From contig NC_092676.1 in the NCBI RefSeq assembly GCF_964355755.1, forward strand, positions 13,906,871 to 13,970,870: a DNA stretch of 64,000 nucleotides, in the 5' to 3' direction. Every line of letters begins with the position of its first letter. Positions within the stretch are counted from its first letter, which is position 1. The DNA is from Antedon mediterranea (Eukaryota; Animalia; Echinodermata). A program made the position numbers and the translations under genes. The notes beneath the pieces are model-generated. The model searched no databases and was not told the DNA's origin. It saw nothing but the letters and a program-made list of their open reading frames with translations. Shown here in pieces: positions 34,660 to 48,262 of this stretch.

Positions 34660-36323
34660 CAGGGCTCGATATTTCACTAGTCCGGCGTACAATGTCTAGT
34701 TAAAACTGCTCTGGGTTAGTCAATCTTCCACCCAACAAGCCCGGGTGTCTAGTGTGTAAATAATTAGGCTAGAGAATGTTTAGGCCTAGACTTTTAAAAT
34801 GCATTATTATTTATTAAAATACTCTAGCCACTGGCCTAATTGTTTGTATCATTTTTATAGAGCGCCTTCACAATCACGTTCCTCGTTAACGTTAACGAAG
34901 GAGAGCAACTAATCACGCTCCTTAAATCAGCGTGTCAAGTCACCAATAAGGGGATTCCCCTGTCTGCTTTCAAGTGCCAATTTACTTCCATTACACCTCA
35001 CAGTGTATCCAGTGCGGTGTCAGATAAATGCCTCAACTAGTCTTTTAAGCAGTAACTTTCAGAACAAGTACCAACCAAATGGTTGCTTTTATTAAACAAA
35101 TCAATTTTAATGTATAAAATATAGTTAATAAAAAAATAAATTTAATAGAAGTAGGCCTATTTTTATTAATTAGAGGAAGATGCTTCACTTCTGTCTTTGG
35201 AATTTTAATTAATTTTTTTCTCCGAAAAAAATCAACCAATTTGGTTACCCAAATTTAGTGACAAAACATGTGCTCTAGTCTCACCATCCCAGCAGCAGCT
35301 GGTCTAGCTCTCTAGCAAGCATCGCGTGTGTGACCGCCGTATGTAAACACAGCCAAATACCCTTTCCTTAATTACATTTTTAAGATGTAATATTCAAATG
35401 ATACTTAGTAACTTGTCATTAATATTTTGTTTGTATTACTTTGTGAAATACAGGTACTTAATTTTTGTTTTTAATTTCTAGGCCTAGTTCTAGGCCTAGC
35501 CCTATATTATTTATTATAGGCCTAGTAGACAGGTTCCATTTCTGAAAAAACAGCCTAGAAAACGAATCAAGAAGCATTTTTGGGTAGAAGCTGGGATCCA
35601 CTTGATTGATGGCGGATCCCAAGCGAAATTCGGCCATCTAAGCCCTTAATTTCCATAATTAAAAATGGCGGCCATTTTTTATAATTACCCTATATCTCGA
35701 GAACCACTTGTCACAGATAATTAATTTTGGTGTCAAAATGTTTTAAATATATGTTTTTATATTCACTTTAATGACACATTTTCTCAAAAAATGGATGCAA
35801 GTCTTATTTCTGGCATTTTGACCTTTGACCTTGATTTATCGTATTTCAGTAACCAATAATCGGAGAGACACGAAATAGGGCTCAAATTGTTCAGAAACTA
35901 TACATTCATATTTATTATAATGAAATATTTTTACAAAAAATGGCCGATTCTACAACTATTGACCTTTGAACTATTAGTCAAATATAATAATATAATAATA
36001 ATATAACTTTGAAAATTGTGGTCTTATGAATTTTTTTTTCGTTTTAAATTGTTTAAAACATGTGTGTTTCTATCCAGTCTAATGGCACATTTTGTACAAG
36101 AATAGCCGATAGTATGGTTATTGACCTTTAAACTACAGCATAGGCCTACTGTATAAACTAACTAGAACTTACAGTAGTTTAGTTAGTTTTGATTCAGGTG
36201 TGCGGTATATACCCAGTAAGATTTAGTCAATAAGCGGACTAGTGAAACATCCAGTGGGCTAGTGAAACTCACATTGAACAAGCCCAGTGGTCTAGCTAGT
36301 AAAATTTCAAAAATCGAGCCCTG
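34660..36323. mobile_element. hAT-like non-autonomous element
   Basis: CAGGGCTCGAT...ATCGAGCCCTG TIR, approximate ATAATA(TA) duplication; absent from the paralogous site at about 56415. Confidence 0.75.
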
Positions 36324-36696
36324 ATAATATATATATATTTTCAATAAAGTATATCAAAATATATATTTGTTATTGTATATTAATTAATTAGTAAAGTAAC
36401 TACTGTAGTAGTGTTCGCAATAATAATTACAATAACATGATGACATCAATTTATTTATTTAATATCCTAAATTATTTTATACCTTCAGATATATAAATAT
36501 TGATCAATTTAAAATGAGTTTTAAATACTAAAATAAGGTGCAAGTGTCTGTACGGTACGGTAATTTATTACGCGAATTTCTGCTAATAACTACACGGCCG
36601 GCCAGGAATAGTGCTGTTGAAGGTCGCGTTTTCGTCCCCATGTTGCTTTATTGAAAACACAAACAATGTATTACATTACAATGGAATAACACTTAA

Positions 36697-38254
36697 AGGG
36701 GGGTTCCGGGTTTAAAATGAATAGTAAAAAATGGAAAATATATTTGTTTGTCTCTTGAACGGTAAAAGTTTCAATTTATATAAGCGCCCAGTGAAGCAGA
36801 ACGAAGGCTGTGAAATCAGGCCAGATTACAAGTGCAGCTACGGCAAAATCACACTGTGGTTACAAAATAGGAAATTCGTGAAATGGTCCATCTTCCGACG
36901 ACTCGTTATCATTAACCATATCAATTACTTTTGTAAAATTATACTTATCTGATGTAATTTTAGTCGGTCTTCCCATTTATAAAGTCAATTTTTTATGAAA
37001 ATTCATCAAAACAGTGAAAAATTAGATATGTTTGCACTTTACGTTTGCCGATTTTCGCACCAACTTAGGGAAAAATCAAATCAATGAAGCGTAACGTATA
37101 CTGTACATTCCTGCTGAGGATCGAGCGAGACGACGATACACGTGCTCTCTCTGCTGCCCATGCCTGGCATCATCACGTGATAAGCAGATACAACAATACC
37201 AAACTGGTCGGGTCGAGTATACCCCGTCTATAATCACAACATGAACGATGTACAGTATTTGATTGAAGGTCGACTCGACCTACCGGAATGGTATAGATAA
37301 TATAGCTCGAATGAGAGAGTTGGAATATTTGTGTAGTGCAGCCTATAGTAAAAGGCCTGGTAGTATCAATTCGCATAGGGTCTACTACACTAGCTAGCTC
37401 AATTTTTAACTGGGCCGGATCGGCTAGGTCTCCTTCCTACTACCTGGTCTACTTGCTTGATGCATGAGTATCCGCTTTTTTGGAGAGTAAACTAAGCCTA
37501 TTTTATTTTAGGCCTACTTAGACGATCGGGACACCATACGTGTGGACGGCGATCGGACCTTGTTTTGCTTCAATATTTACAGCCGATTTTGTAGAACGTT
37601 TTAGGTTTAGATTGTTTAGGAGTTTGGTTGATAGGATGGGTTTGTTATTTATGGGCCAAACGTCTAGTAGTAGGCTAGCTCTAGGCCCATGGGCCCCATT
37701 GTTTTAACGTAGCCATCGTGGCATGGAATCCCTAGTCAGAATGGCTCTCGCCCATTAGGCTAGCCCTAGAGTAGTATTGTACGTGAAGCCGATAATACGA
37801 TCTGTACTATAGAGGTATAAAAATAGTATAATTTATGACTCCGTAATCTGTACTAAATTTTGTATTTCATTAAATGTCAAATAAATATATGCTACTACTG
37901 TTATTATTACACTTTAGGCCTAGCTTAGAAAATCTATAAAAAAATGTATTTCACAATGATCGGGTGGTCGTCGTTTGACAGGGGAGAGAGATGTAAATTA
38001 GTTGACAAACACAACGTACATGACGTCGCGAGTTTGGAATACGTGATTTTGTGAATATCTCATGAATATTAATGAGCTTCCCTAAGCTGCTGAAAAACAG
38101 ACTTTCCATGAATTTACCCTAAAATGTATATGAAATTTAATTTTTTTAATTTCTCGTTATTACTTCTTCATTCTGACATGTCTATATTGTTATAATATTT
38201 TTTATTTAATAAATAAACGATATTTAAAAGCAATTTTAAACCCAGAATCCCCCT
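36697..38254. mobile_element. Kolobok-type non-autonomous element
   Basis: TTAA-AGGGGGGTTCCGGGTTTAAAA ... TTTTAAACCCAGAATCCCCCT-TTAA; empty TTAA site in the paralog at about 56770. Confidence 0.8.
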
Positions 38255-38296
38255 TTAATGTATAACACACCCTATTACTAATCAATAAAAAAACAA

Positions 38297-38765
38297 GATT
38301 CGATAGTACAGTGTAAATGAGATATAAAGATTCGGCAATACCGTACGTAAATTATTATTGCAATACTGTATGAAGATTCGATAGTAAAGTAAATGAGATA
38401 ACGATTCGGCAATACCGTACGTAAATTATTATTGCAATACTGTATAAAGATTCGATAGTATGTAAATGAGATATAAAGATTCGGCAACACCGTACGTCAA
38501 TTATTATTGCAATACTGTATAAAGATTCGATAGTAAAGTAATTTAAACGAGATATAAAGATTCGGCAATACCGTACGTAAATTATTATTGCAATACTGTA
38601 AAAAGATTCGATAGTAAAGTAAATGAGATATAAAGATTCGGCAACACCGTACGTAAATTATTATTGCAATACTGTAAAAAGATTCGATAGTATGTAAATG
38701 AGATATAAAGATTCGGCAATACCGTACGTAAATTATTATTGCAATATTGTATAAAGATTCGATAG
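38297..38765 (+). repeat. About 76-bp tandem repeat (about 6 units) internal to a transposon
   Basis: Unit GATTCGATAGTA(A/T)GTAAATGAGATATAAAGATTCGGCAATACCGTACGTAAATTATTATTGCAATACTGTA..; same unit as 56812-57663. Confidence 0.9.
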
Positions 38766-38921
38766 GAGAGTGCTCGAGAAACGTCGGGTTAGTTGAACGG
38801 TATTTTTTTCCTTCACTGCCAATGTATTTTTTTTTAAAGAGATATAAATAAATAGATAGTACGTAAATGAGATATAAAGGTTCAATAGTACGTAGATTAT
38901 GATGCAAACGTAAATTATTAA

Positions 38922-40153
38922 CCGATTCACCACGATAAGCGCTTAAAGCGCTCAAAAGGTTAAAAGTCAAGGTCATTGTAAACAAATTTTCAACAAAAAA
39001 AAAGTAAATCGAATTTACATGCGCAGTTTGCTGTGCATGAATCGTAACAACAAATTATACAAAATACTCACAACTTTTTTTTTTTAAATATGCTTCTAAA
39101 TATATAAAAACAATTGTTGAAGTTAGTTTGAAAATAAAATTCGAAAATATAACCGTTTTTCGAAGCACGCTGTTCGAAACGCGACAGGCGCGTTGAATGA
39201 ATCTAGGCCTAAACATACAACGTAAAATCGTCTAAAATCCATCTTTATTTCTAATAATCACTATTTTGAAGCTTGTATACAATAAATGTATAATAAATAA
39301 AGATTATGTATCAGTTACAGTGTCTAAATCGTCATATTTCCATGTAAAAATGTGATTTTTCTACCGGAGAAAAGTCGTGAAGATGTCCTCACGAGGGCCG
39401 CGCCATATTGTTTACCTTTGATTGTAATATGAACCCTGACATTTCAGATGCATTATGGGCATGAAATATTTGTTCAAACTCTGCGCAAAGGTCAGTTTAT
39501 TGAAGCATAACTTTTGACAAACATTTTGATACCAAACTTGTTTTAATTTCATAAGTTTTCGACGCATTTTCGTCAAATTTTCTGCAAGCTACACGTCTAA
39601 AACAGCGGACTAAGCTCCCGAGGGATGCCGGTGCACGTGGGAATCGCGAATTCCAAGTCGCTTTCGGGATGTTTTTTTTAACATTCCCGGTGAACAAACA
39701 GCGGCGAGGAGGCTCTCGGGGCGGCTCCCGATAGGCCTAGGCCCCATATGGTCATCGTCGGATGAGTCAGTCTACTAATTTCTTCATAATTTCGAAACCG
39801 GTCATTCATAATGGTCAAGTTTGGTCTTATTTTGAAGAGAAGAAATAGGTTCTGATGAAGAGATGAGTTTTATTATGAAATATTTATTAATTTTTGTGCA
39901 TTTGGTAGTCAAAGATAAATTACAAATTTTTAATAATTTTCCTAAAATATTTCTAAAATTTGCATAATCCATTCTCCGCCAAAATAAGTTGTAACACAAA
40001 TTTGATAACATATTTGGAAATAAAATGTCCTTTGCATTATTTTTGTTTTTTAATTTTTTTAATGTCTGTGTTTAGAAAAAAAAGTTAGGGTTAATTATAT
40101 GACATATGCTTTTTGGGTCCCAGGGGAGCAAAATAAACTTAGGGGTCAATGGG
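38922..40153. mobile_element. piggyBac-like non-autonomous element
   Basis: TTAA-CCGATTCACC ... GGTCAATGGG-TTAA; empty TTAA site in the paralog at about 57811. Confidence 0.75.
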
Positions 40154-40660
40154 TTAATGATTCGATAGTATATGTAAATGTATTTAGTTAGTTAATATTA
40201 AAATACAAATAAAATATACATTAATTTATCGGCAGGCAAACTTAATTATTATAGAAATATAAAGATTCGATAGTACATGATTTGGCTTATATTTATTGGT
40301 TTGACCATACATACAGCTGTAACTCAACTCGCCATAGGCCATGGTGTTGACAACGACAATCAAAGATTAAAGCGCACATGGCGTTCCATACAAATGACAA
40401 TATAAACTGGTGGCCGCTTTCGTTGGCGGCCGCTTCGACCATACACCGCTAGGCCTCAGCTGGCTATATCAACGTCATTGTCAATATCAATAAAATATGG
40501 AATTTTAAAAACCTTTAAAAACTTGATAAATACCTAAAAAAATTAATATGAATTTGGTCTAAAGTGAGACGTTTCGGCCCTCAAATTGGGATGTTTCGGC
40601 CCAAAAGTGAGCCGGATCGTCCCACCAAAAGTGGGCCAAATCGTCCCGGGCCGAATCGTC

Positions 40661-41564
40661 GGCGCTAGTTCCGTTTCGCACCTGTTTTTATTTCGACTTC
40701 CTTTTGACTCCAAAATTGTTAAGCAACTTATTGTAAATACCACACCTTAAAATTGGGCCTCATAAGTACGTTTATGAAGAAGAATCACATAAAAAGTAAC
40801 AAATAAATCCATAAATTGATGATTTTACAGACATGTTTCTCGCATACCGTTCGCCGCGAATTTAGCATATTCGAAGTTCAATATTTTCCTTTCTATGGAG
40901 CGCCAAAAGAGCAACAACAATATATGGTTAAAACCTCAGTGGAATGCGTCTTCTTTTAATGCATTTATTATTGAAATACACGTTTAATTTTAATATATTT
41001 TGTCAATAAAAATGCTGTAACATTTTACTGCTAATAATTTGCTGTTTTCAAATAGCAACCAATCCTAGGCCTAAGACTAAGAGTAAGACTAAGACTAAGA
41101 GGCATATTATTTAGATTAAGGTATACCCCTACAGTACATTAATATGATGATGAATTTGTCGATTTTCATTCCTAAAAGCTCCTGCAAAAACCATGTACAG
41201 TATCAACAGTAATATTTTTGTTGCATTGTCATTGACAAAATATGATAAAATTGAACGTAATTTTCACCAATAAATGCATTAAATATACGAAATTTACTGA
41301 GTTTTTAGCCCTCTATTATGATTGCTCTTTTGGCGCTCCATAGAAACAACAACATTGAACATGGAGTATGCGAAATTCACGAACCGATGTGCGAGAAACA
41401 CGTCTGTAAATTCATCAATTTAAAGGATTTATTTTTTACTTTTTGTGTGATCTCCTTCGTAAAAGTATTTTTGAGGCCTAATTCTAAGGTGTGGTACTCA
41501 CGATAAAGTTAATTAACCAATTTTGAGTCGAAATAAACGACAGGTGCGAAACGGAACTAGCGCC
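40661..41564. mobile_element. Long-TIR MITE (Merlin- or MULE-like) inserted in the right end of the 12.5-kb MULE
   Basis: GGCGCTAGTTCCGTTTCGCACCTGT arms about 250 bp long; 8-bp flanks GAATCGTC / GAATAGTC. Confidence 0.7.
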
Positions 41565-41909
41565 GAATAGTCTCAGGGCCGAATCGTCCCGGATTCGAAT
41601 TGAAGATGTCTTCCGTTCGTAAAAAATGTAATGCGTATTCAAAATGCTTGCTGACTGTCTGAAAAAGAGATGTATTGAGAAAGACTGTCTGAATTTCACA
41701 GTTCTGTTCCGCCCACATTGTCGTCCTTTTCTAAATATAAAAAAAAAATAACCAAAACATTACCCGTGGTTGAATGGGTGTAAAGCAAAGACATCCAAAG
41801 CAGCAAAAGACAGAAGATCGAAATCTGAGATACAGTGTTGTTGCCAGCGATAAAATTTAAATTATGCCGTAGTACGGGGCGCCGTTTGGGACAATTTGTC
41901 GAAATATTA

Positions 41910-42322
41910 CAATTTTGTCAATACAAAATTCATTTTGTCAATACAAAATTCATTTTGTCAATACAAAATTCATTTTGTCAATACAAAATTCATTTTGTCA
42001 ACACAAAATTCATTTTGTGTTGACAAAATTCATTTTGTGTTGACAAAACTTATTCTGTGTGGACAAAATTCATTTTGTCTCGAAAAAATTAATTCTGTGT
42101 AAACAAAATTCATTCTGTGTAGACAAAATTAATTTAATTCTGTGTTGACAAAATTAATTCTGTGTAGACAAAATTCATTCTGTAACGACAAAATTCATTC
42201 TGTAACGACAAAATTCATTTTGTGGCGATAAAATTCATTCTGTGTAGACAAAATTCATTTTGTTGCAACAAAATTCATTTTGTCGTTACAGAATGAATTT
42301 TGTCTACACAGAATTAATTTTG
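41910..42322. repeat. 20-bp quasi-palindromic minisatellite (ACAAAATTCATTTTGTCAAT and variants)
   Basis: About 20 tandem units visible; the last units are in reverse orientation. Confidence 0.9.
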
Positions 42323-42825
42323 TTAGCCTAGTCTACTCAAGTTTGGGACAAAATGTTTTAAAAAACGTTTTGTCCCAAACTTGAGTAGACTAGGCTCCAC
42401 GCTTGAGTAGGCTCGGTTTTAACATTTAAATTAGAAGGCGGAGTTTAAACGTGAAAAGGGCAAGACAAGGTGAAGCTATAAATGATGACAGCGCGCGAAT
42501 CTTTGACATTTGTTATTGGTTCAGTTATTATGGCTGAGCATAAGCCCCCGTCTCTATTGCTATCATATTAATCTATTTTATAATATCAGGGGCCCCTGAA
42601 AATATCAGATATGATCAGTATTCATACTTTGACAATTTAATATCTACGTCGTCAGTAATAATTATTATTATAATGTATTCTATATTAAAAAATCGGAAAA
42701 TGGTTTTCATTAGAGCCCTGCTTATTACATAAGTAAAATTGTAGTAATGGTGCTATTTAATATTTTGTCGTTTAAAATATTATTTATTAATCTTATAAAA
42801 TGTATATACTTTATTTTAAAATTAA

Positions 42826-43134
42826 AGATGTATTGTCTCCCAAAATCATGAAAAATAAAGATTTTTAAAATTGGACTTTGAATAGGCCATTTATTCAGTT
42901 TTAATGAAGTTGTTCACTTCCATAAGAAAAAAAAATAAACAGTTAAATTACCCAAAAACTCATTGGCTTCCAGACAATTTGACAATTTTTTGCTTTAAAT
43001 TACAGTTTTTTCAGGTAAATAATTTTTTTTCAGACCCAATTTTTTGTGAAAGTGCATAACTAATATGTGACATTAAAATAACATATTCAACAAAAAGATT
43101 TAAAAAAAACATTTTTTCGGGGGACAATATATCT
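42826..43134. mobile_element. Kolobok-like MITE
   Basis: TTAA-AGATGTATTGTCTCCC ... GGGGGACAATATATCT-TTAA. Confidence 0.7.
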
Positions 43135-44257
43135 TTAAGATAATAATAATCATTGCAGAAATAATGATGCTGAAAGCTGTCCGTTATTTGAAGAAAAAAA
43201 AACATTTAAAGAACTGACTACAAAAGATTGCTCACGTTAGTTTTATTATAACAGTCATCCACCCTGCGAAACCTAATAACCTCTAACCTACAGTAATAAG
43301 TAGGCCAGGTAGCCTACGTTGGCTAGGTTCAGGACTGATTTCCCATAAAACATTCGATGTATAAATATCAACACCCCAGACAGTGTAATAATGACCTTTC
43401 CAGACCGAAAACCATTCTGGTTTGACTGAGGGTCTGGGCTTCTCCAAGATTACGCAAGTTTACTTTACGATACTCTCTCGATACAACTCCATATTTTATT
43501 AGTGAAAAATGCAATTTATTTAACATCAATCTTATCAAGCCAGCCAAAGACTAAATACGTAAAAAAAAGTAAGAAGTAAAGTAAAAAGTACAAAGAACAA
43601 TGTAAACCTATAAACAATTATTTGCAATTAGCAATGTATAATAAATAAAATCAACCATGAAGTTGTAAAATAAGCATAGAAACATAACATTTATATCTAG
43701 TATTTTTAACATTATTATATTCAAACAACAGCATCGGACTCTGTTTTCAATTTAAATCGTTTGTCGATTCGTGAGTCGAGGTAAAGAAAGTGCTTTACCA
43801 TTTTTCTTTCAAAAGCATATAGCAAACAAGGCCAGCCACTGTAAGTGCAGTTCAAAGAGTACAGAAAAAGCGATAAAACGCATAGTGATACCGTATCGAC
43901 CGACCGACAGACCGACTGACATAGTAAACTATTGAGTCGCTTTCACGCGACTAAAAACAAAAGTAAATATAAAACCTAACTAGATATAAAAACTAAAAAC
44001 AGTTAATTTAAATATAGAATCATAAAAACATAATTATACAGATACAAAATGTACATATTTGTAACAAAACATATTTTAAATTTAATACAAACCACATAAA
44101 TAAATCGAGATAGAATTTGTAGAAGGTAAGTTTGCGTTTGCTGGGTTTTACAAAATAATGCTAATACACGCGTCCACACAAATGGTGCACGTGTATACCA
44201 AGTTTGAAATATTTTTAAATTCCAGAAGTATTTTTTCTCGATGTTTTTGTATGTGAC

Positions 44258-45000
44258 TATTTCCCTGTGCTCCCATTGGTGCCAAATTGGGTCCACTTGA
44301 GCACAGTGTATTAACATACGAAAAGATATTATAATTTAGTGACTTTTTCCTATTTTATATTACTGTGCTCACTGGCGCGCGCGCCAAATTGGGTTCACGT
44401 ATCTTTTTTCATCTTTTCGTATGTTAATACACTGTGCTTACGTGGACCCAATTTGGCGCGCGCGCCAGTGAGCACAGTAATATAAAATAGAAAAAAGTCA
44501 CTAAATTATAATATCTTATAACATACGAAAAGATATTAAAATTCAGTGATTTATTTTTATTTTATATCACTGTGCTCCCCTTGCTCCAAATTGGGTCCAC
44601 TTGAGCACAGTGTATTAAATACGAAAAGATATTAAAATTCAGTGACTTTTTCCATTTTATATCACTGTGCTCCACTGGCGCCAAATTAGGTCCACTTGAG
44701 CACAGTGTATTAACATACGAAAATATATTAACATTCAATGACTAATTTCTATTTTGTATCACTGTGCTCTCCTCTGGCGCCAAATTGTGTCCACTTGAGC
44801 ACAGTGTATTAACATACGAAAATATATTAAAATTCAGTGACTTATTTCTATTTTTTATCACTGTGCTCCTCTGGCTCCAAATTAGGTCCACTTGAGCACA
44901 GTGTATTAACATACGAAAAGATACTAAAATTAGTGACTTATTTCTATTTTATATCACTGTGCTCCACTAGTGCTAAATTTGGTCCACTGGAGCAGCTACC
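44258..45000. repeat. About 96-bp tandem repeat (about 7 units, one inverted) ending in a GGTAGC-type transposon-like end
   Basis: CACTGTGCTC recurs at 44568, 44663, 44760, 44859 and 44955; inverted unit 44411-44518; GGAGCAGCTACC at 44989-45000. Confidence 0.85.
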
Positions 45001-47430
45001 GTAATACTATTTCTATTTCGGAAGTAAATAAAGGCATAAATGGCGCTCCGTAGAAGTAGAGAATGCTCGATTGTCGAAATGACGCTCTGAATATACATAG
45101 TTGACCGTTGAATACAAGAGACACACGGATGAATGCGTTCGTTTCGTTGCTATAATGTTTATCAAACGCATTCGGTTCTGGAATACGACGGCGAGAAATT
45201 CAACTTTAAACATCAATTTTTTTTATCAGTTTCTGAAAGAATTAAGCTTGAAATTTGCAATCCCAAACAGGTGGCTGCTCTCTGGTGGTAGGATTTATTG
45301 CTCTAGTAGGTATCTGGTGGTGTTTAGTAGGACCCCATTGAAATGCCTATCCCGATTTTTAACTAAATTAAATGTTTAAAAACATTGTAAAAAATGAACG
45401 GAATGATGAATTTTAATGATTTTTGTGTCTATGGATTGCATTTTTTCTCCTGCATTTTTTTGATGTATGACTCAATTTGTTTCATTGATTTTAAATTTTC
45501 TTGTCACATGACCCTACTAATGAAAAATGAAAAACTGAAAAAAAAAAAAAAAAACAGAAAAGACAAAAAAATACCAGAAGAAACCGGATCGGAAAATACC
45601 AAAAAACTGACTATTTACCGGAAAAAAGCAACAGATAGTAAACGGAAATATGTGATTCTTGTGTCAAAATCGTTCGTCAAACGGCAAAAGTAAACCTCTT
45701 TGCATAGAGTAGAGGGCGCAGATATAATATGGGCGGCCATTATGGCAATAGAAAACTGGCTATAAGTTCTTTGGTATACATGATGAACAGAGAGGTAGTT
45801 TGCATATTCATATTTCAAGAAAATAGTTTTTTGATAATAATTTATTACCTTTGGTAAATGATGCTGTCACGCCAATATCGGTCCGGGCCGATTTTGGCCG
45901 CCAAATTCATTCCGGGCGGACCGATTTTGGCGGCCTGGATAAAACCGGTCCGGGTGGCAGGACTGCTTTTGGCCGCTAAATATGACCCGACCTTGCTTAA
46001 ATATGGTGCGCAAAATTGGTAGCAAATAAGAAAGAGTTTATTATAGTCACAATATACCGCAATTTTACTGGTAATGTTTAGGCCTATATTGATAAAAATT
46101 AACAATGTACCTGTTCTGTATGCACATCCATACACGGTTTTAATAACCTCAAGTGTCCTGGGCATGTTTAGTATGTTATTTGTGGTATAAAACTGGAAGT
46201 GTACTGGTGAGGAGAATTTTAACTAAATTTCAAAAACTCCCATTGAATTTACCTTTTCACCGAGTGCGCTTTTTCGGTGCTTCCCCTAGAGGTACATTCG
46301 AATTGTTGAACGCAATCAAAGCAAAATACTGAGTGGATGATATCGGCAACAAAATGTATATATCGTCCTTTAATTAGTCACGTGTGTTTACCGGAGGGAA
46401 AAGGGTATGAACGTTTTGCTCATTGGTAGCATGCCACATTTAAAAGAGTTCCTTTTCCTGCAAATTTATGCCATTTAACATGTATTTTATTTGCGATAGT
46501 ACATTTCCGGCCACCTACAGGTCCTGTCGACGGCACTGGACAAGCTATGGCTTTTAGGCTACGTACCTCAGTTTTCATATTTAAAATATCAATTGTTAAT
46601 ACATTTATAATAACGTGAGAGTGCCATTTCCGACCATGAGGTGTCATATTTTCAAAATCCACAAAACTCAGCCCCAACCATGGTGGGTAGAGATGGGTCT
46701 TCCATATAACGTGTGTCATTTATTAACACATTTTTACATACATTACAATCATGTTTTGTCAAAACTTTTTTGATTAGATAGCCAGCAATATAAGCAATTA
46801 ATTTAATTCATTTGAGGCTGATCTATGGCCTCGTCGTTTATTCTATCACTAACATTACTATCTATAGTGAGTTCTTTTACTTCGAATACTCTCTCAGGAA
46901 CACATCCTACAACTGGTATTTCTAGTAATTCAACGTCATCAATTACACAGTTTTGGTTACCAAGAGGAACCATCATTTTATTAACCATAAATTGTTTTAT
47001 TGAAGCACGAAATTCATTTGCCATTGGATTGAATCTATGCACCCCCTCTTCCTCCTATAACAGAAAATAAATTCTCTAGGTAATCTTGGTTTAGTCTGTT
47101 TGTTAACATGAAATTGAAATTATAGTGGTTATTTAGGTCATTAAATAACTCGATCATCCCTCGTATTGTTAACAACCATCCTTTTAGACAAGCAATCTTT
47201 GCTGTAGATCCATCTTTACGGAAGGATTTTTTATCCATTTTTCAATGGACTTCTTCCAAAATTCAATATGAACTGTTGTTGTCTTTACTGCCCTTCTATA
47301 AATTACCTTGTCATTAAGATTCCTTGTACAGGAATCAAAAAGCTTATAAAAATTTTCTATAAATTCGGCAATATGAACTGCCTCAGAATTCAATTTTCCT
47401 AAAGACGCATGTTAATATACCCGATGCTAC

Positions 47431-48262
47431 ACTATGGCTTATTACCTGTGCAGCTAGACATAAACGGTGGTAGTTCCAGGGGATCCCCCCTTTTTTTTCG
47501 AAAAAAAAACATGAGACAACAATAAAGATTACTACCGAGCAGTACTACCAAATCAACTTCTTGATCATTTACAAACCGAGTAAAAACCCGTTTTTCTGCC
47601 GATAACAGGCCATGCTTTAAAATATTTGGCGTAGCACCCGAGTCTATGTAAAGTTCAAAAGTCAATAATGTTAGAATCGGCCATTTTTTGCAAAAACATG
47701 CCATTAGACTAAATATAAATGTGTAGTTTCTGAACATTTTGAGCCATATTTTGTGTCTCTCCTATTAGTGGTTGCTAAGATATGATAACTCAAGGTCAAA
47801 GGTCAATAATGTTAGAATCCGCCATTTTTTGCAAAAACATGCCATTAGACTGGATATAAATGTGTAGTTTTTGAACAATTTAAGCCCTAATTTGTATATC
47901 TCCGATTAGTGGTTGCTGAGATATGAGAATTCAAGGTCAAAGGTCAATAATGTTAGAAATAGCACTTCCATTCATTTTTGGACAAACTTTTTCAATAAAG
48001 TGAATATAAAAACATATATTTCAACGATTTTGACACCATAATTAAGTATCTGTGACTAGCGGTTTCCAAGATACAGAGTACGTTATTAAAAATGGCGGCC
48101 ATTTTTAATTATGCAAATTAGGCTACTTCCCGTTGTCGAAAAATGTCCTAGCGTTGATAAATGTGTTCAGTAGGGTCTAAAGAACACATTTCATCCAAAA
48201 AACCTTTTCTTGCAATTTGTGTGAGAAAAGGGTCATTTTTTAGCTAAATCCCATGGACTATA
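47431..48262. mobile_element. Non-autonomous element with an internal ~125-bp duplication, inserted in the THAP9 ORF; related to 35534-36140
   Basis: Interrupts the transposase at V-A-S-G; repeated TCAAAGGTCAATAATGTTAGAA blocks; shared AAAATGGCGGCCATTTTT block. Confidence 0.55.

Larger units (their letters stand above)
34379..40448 (+). mobile_element. 5'-truncated copy of the satellite-carrying element 56071-58104, interrupted by four insertions
   Basis: Collinear with 56169-58104 once 34530-34556, 34660-36323, 36697-38254 and 38922-40153 are removed; right TIR GGCGGCCGCTTCGACCATACACC. Confidence 0.8.
29095..41596. mobile_element. 12.5-kb MULE-like non-autonomous element expanded by nested insertions
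   Basis: Ends GGTAGCGGGACGATT... and ...AATCGTCCCGGATTC with short subterminal repeats; exact 9-bp TSD GAATTGAAG at 29086-29094 and 41597-41605. Confidence 0.8.

Noticed and set aside
38278-38985. ORFs up to 162 aa, and 57330-57614
   Set aside because: Translations of the 76-bp satellite; periodic sequence with no domain signature.
45013-45216. Possible THAP domain remnant (YVYSERHFDNRAF)
   Set aside because: Zinc-binding cysteines are missing and it lies downstream of the transposase.
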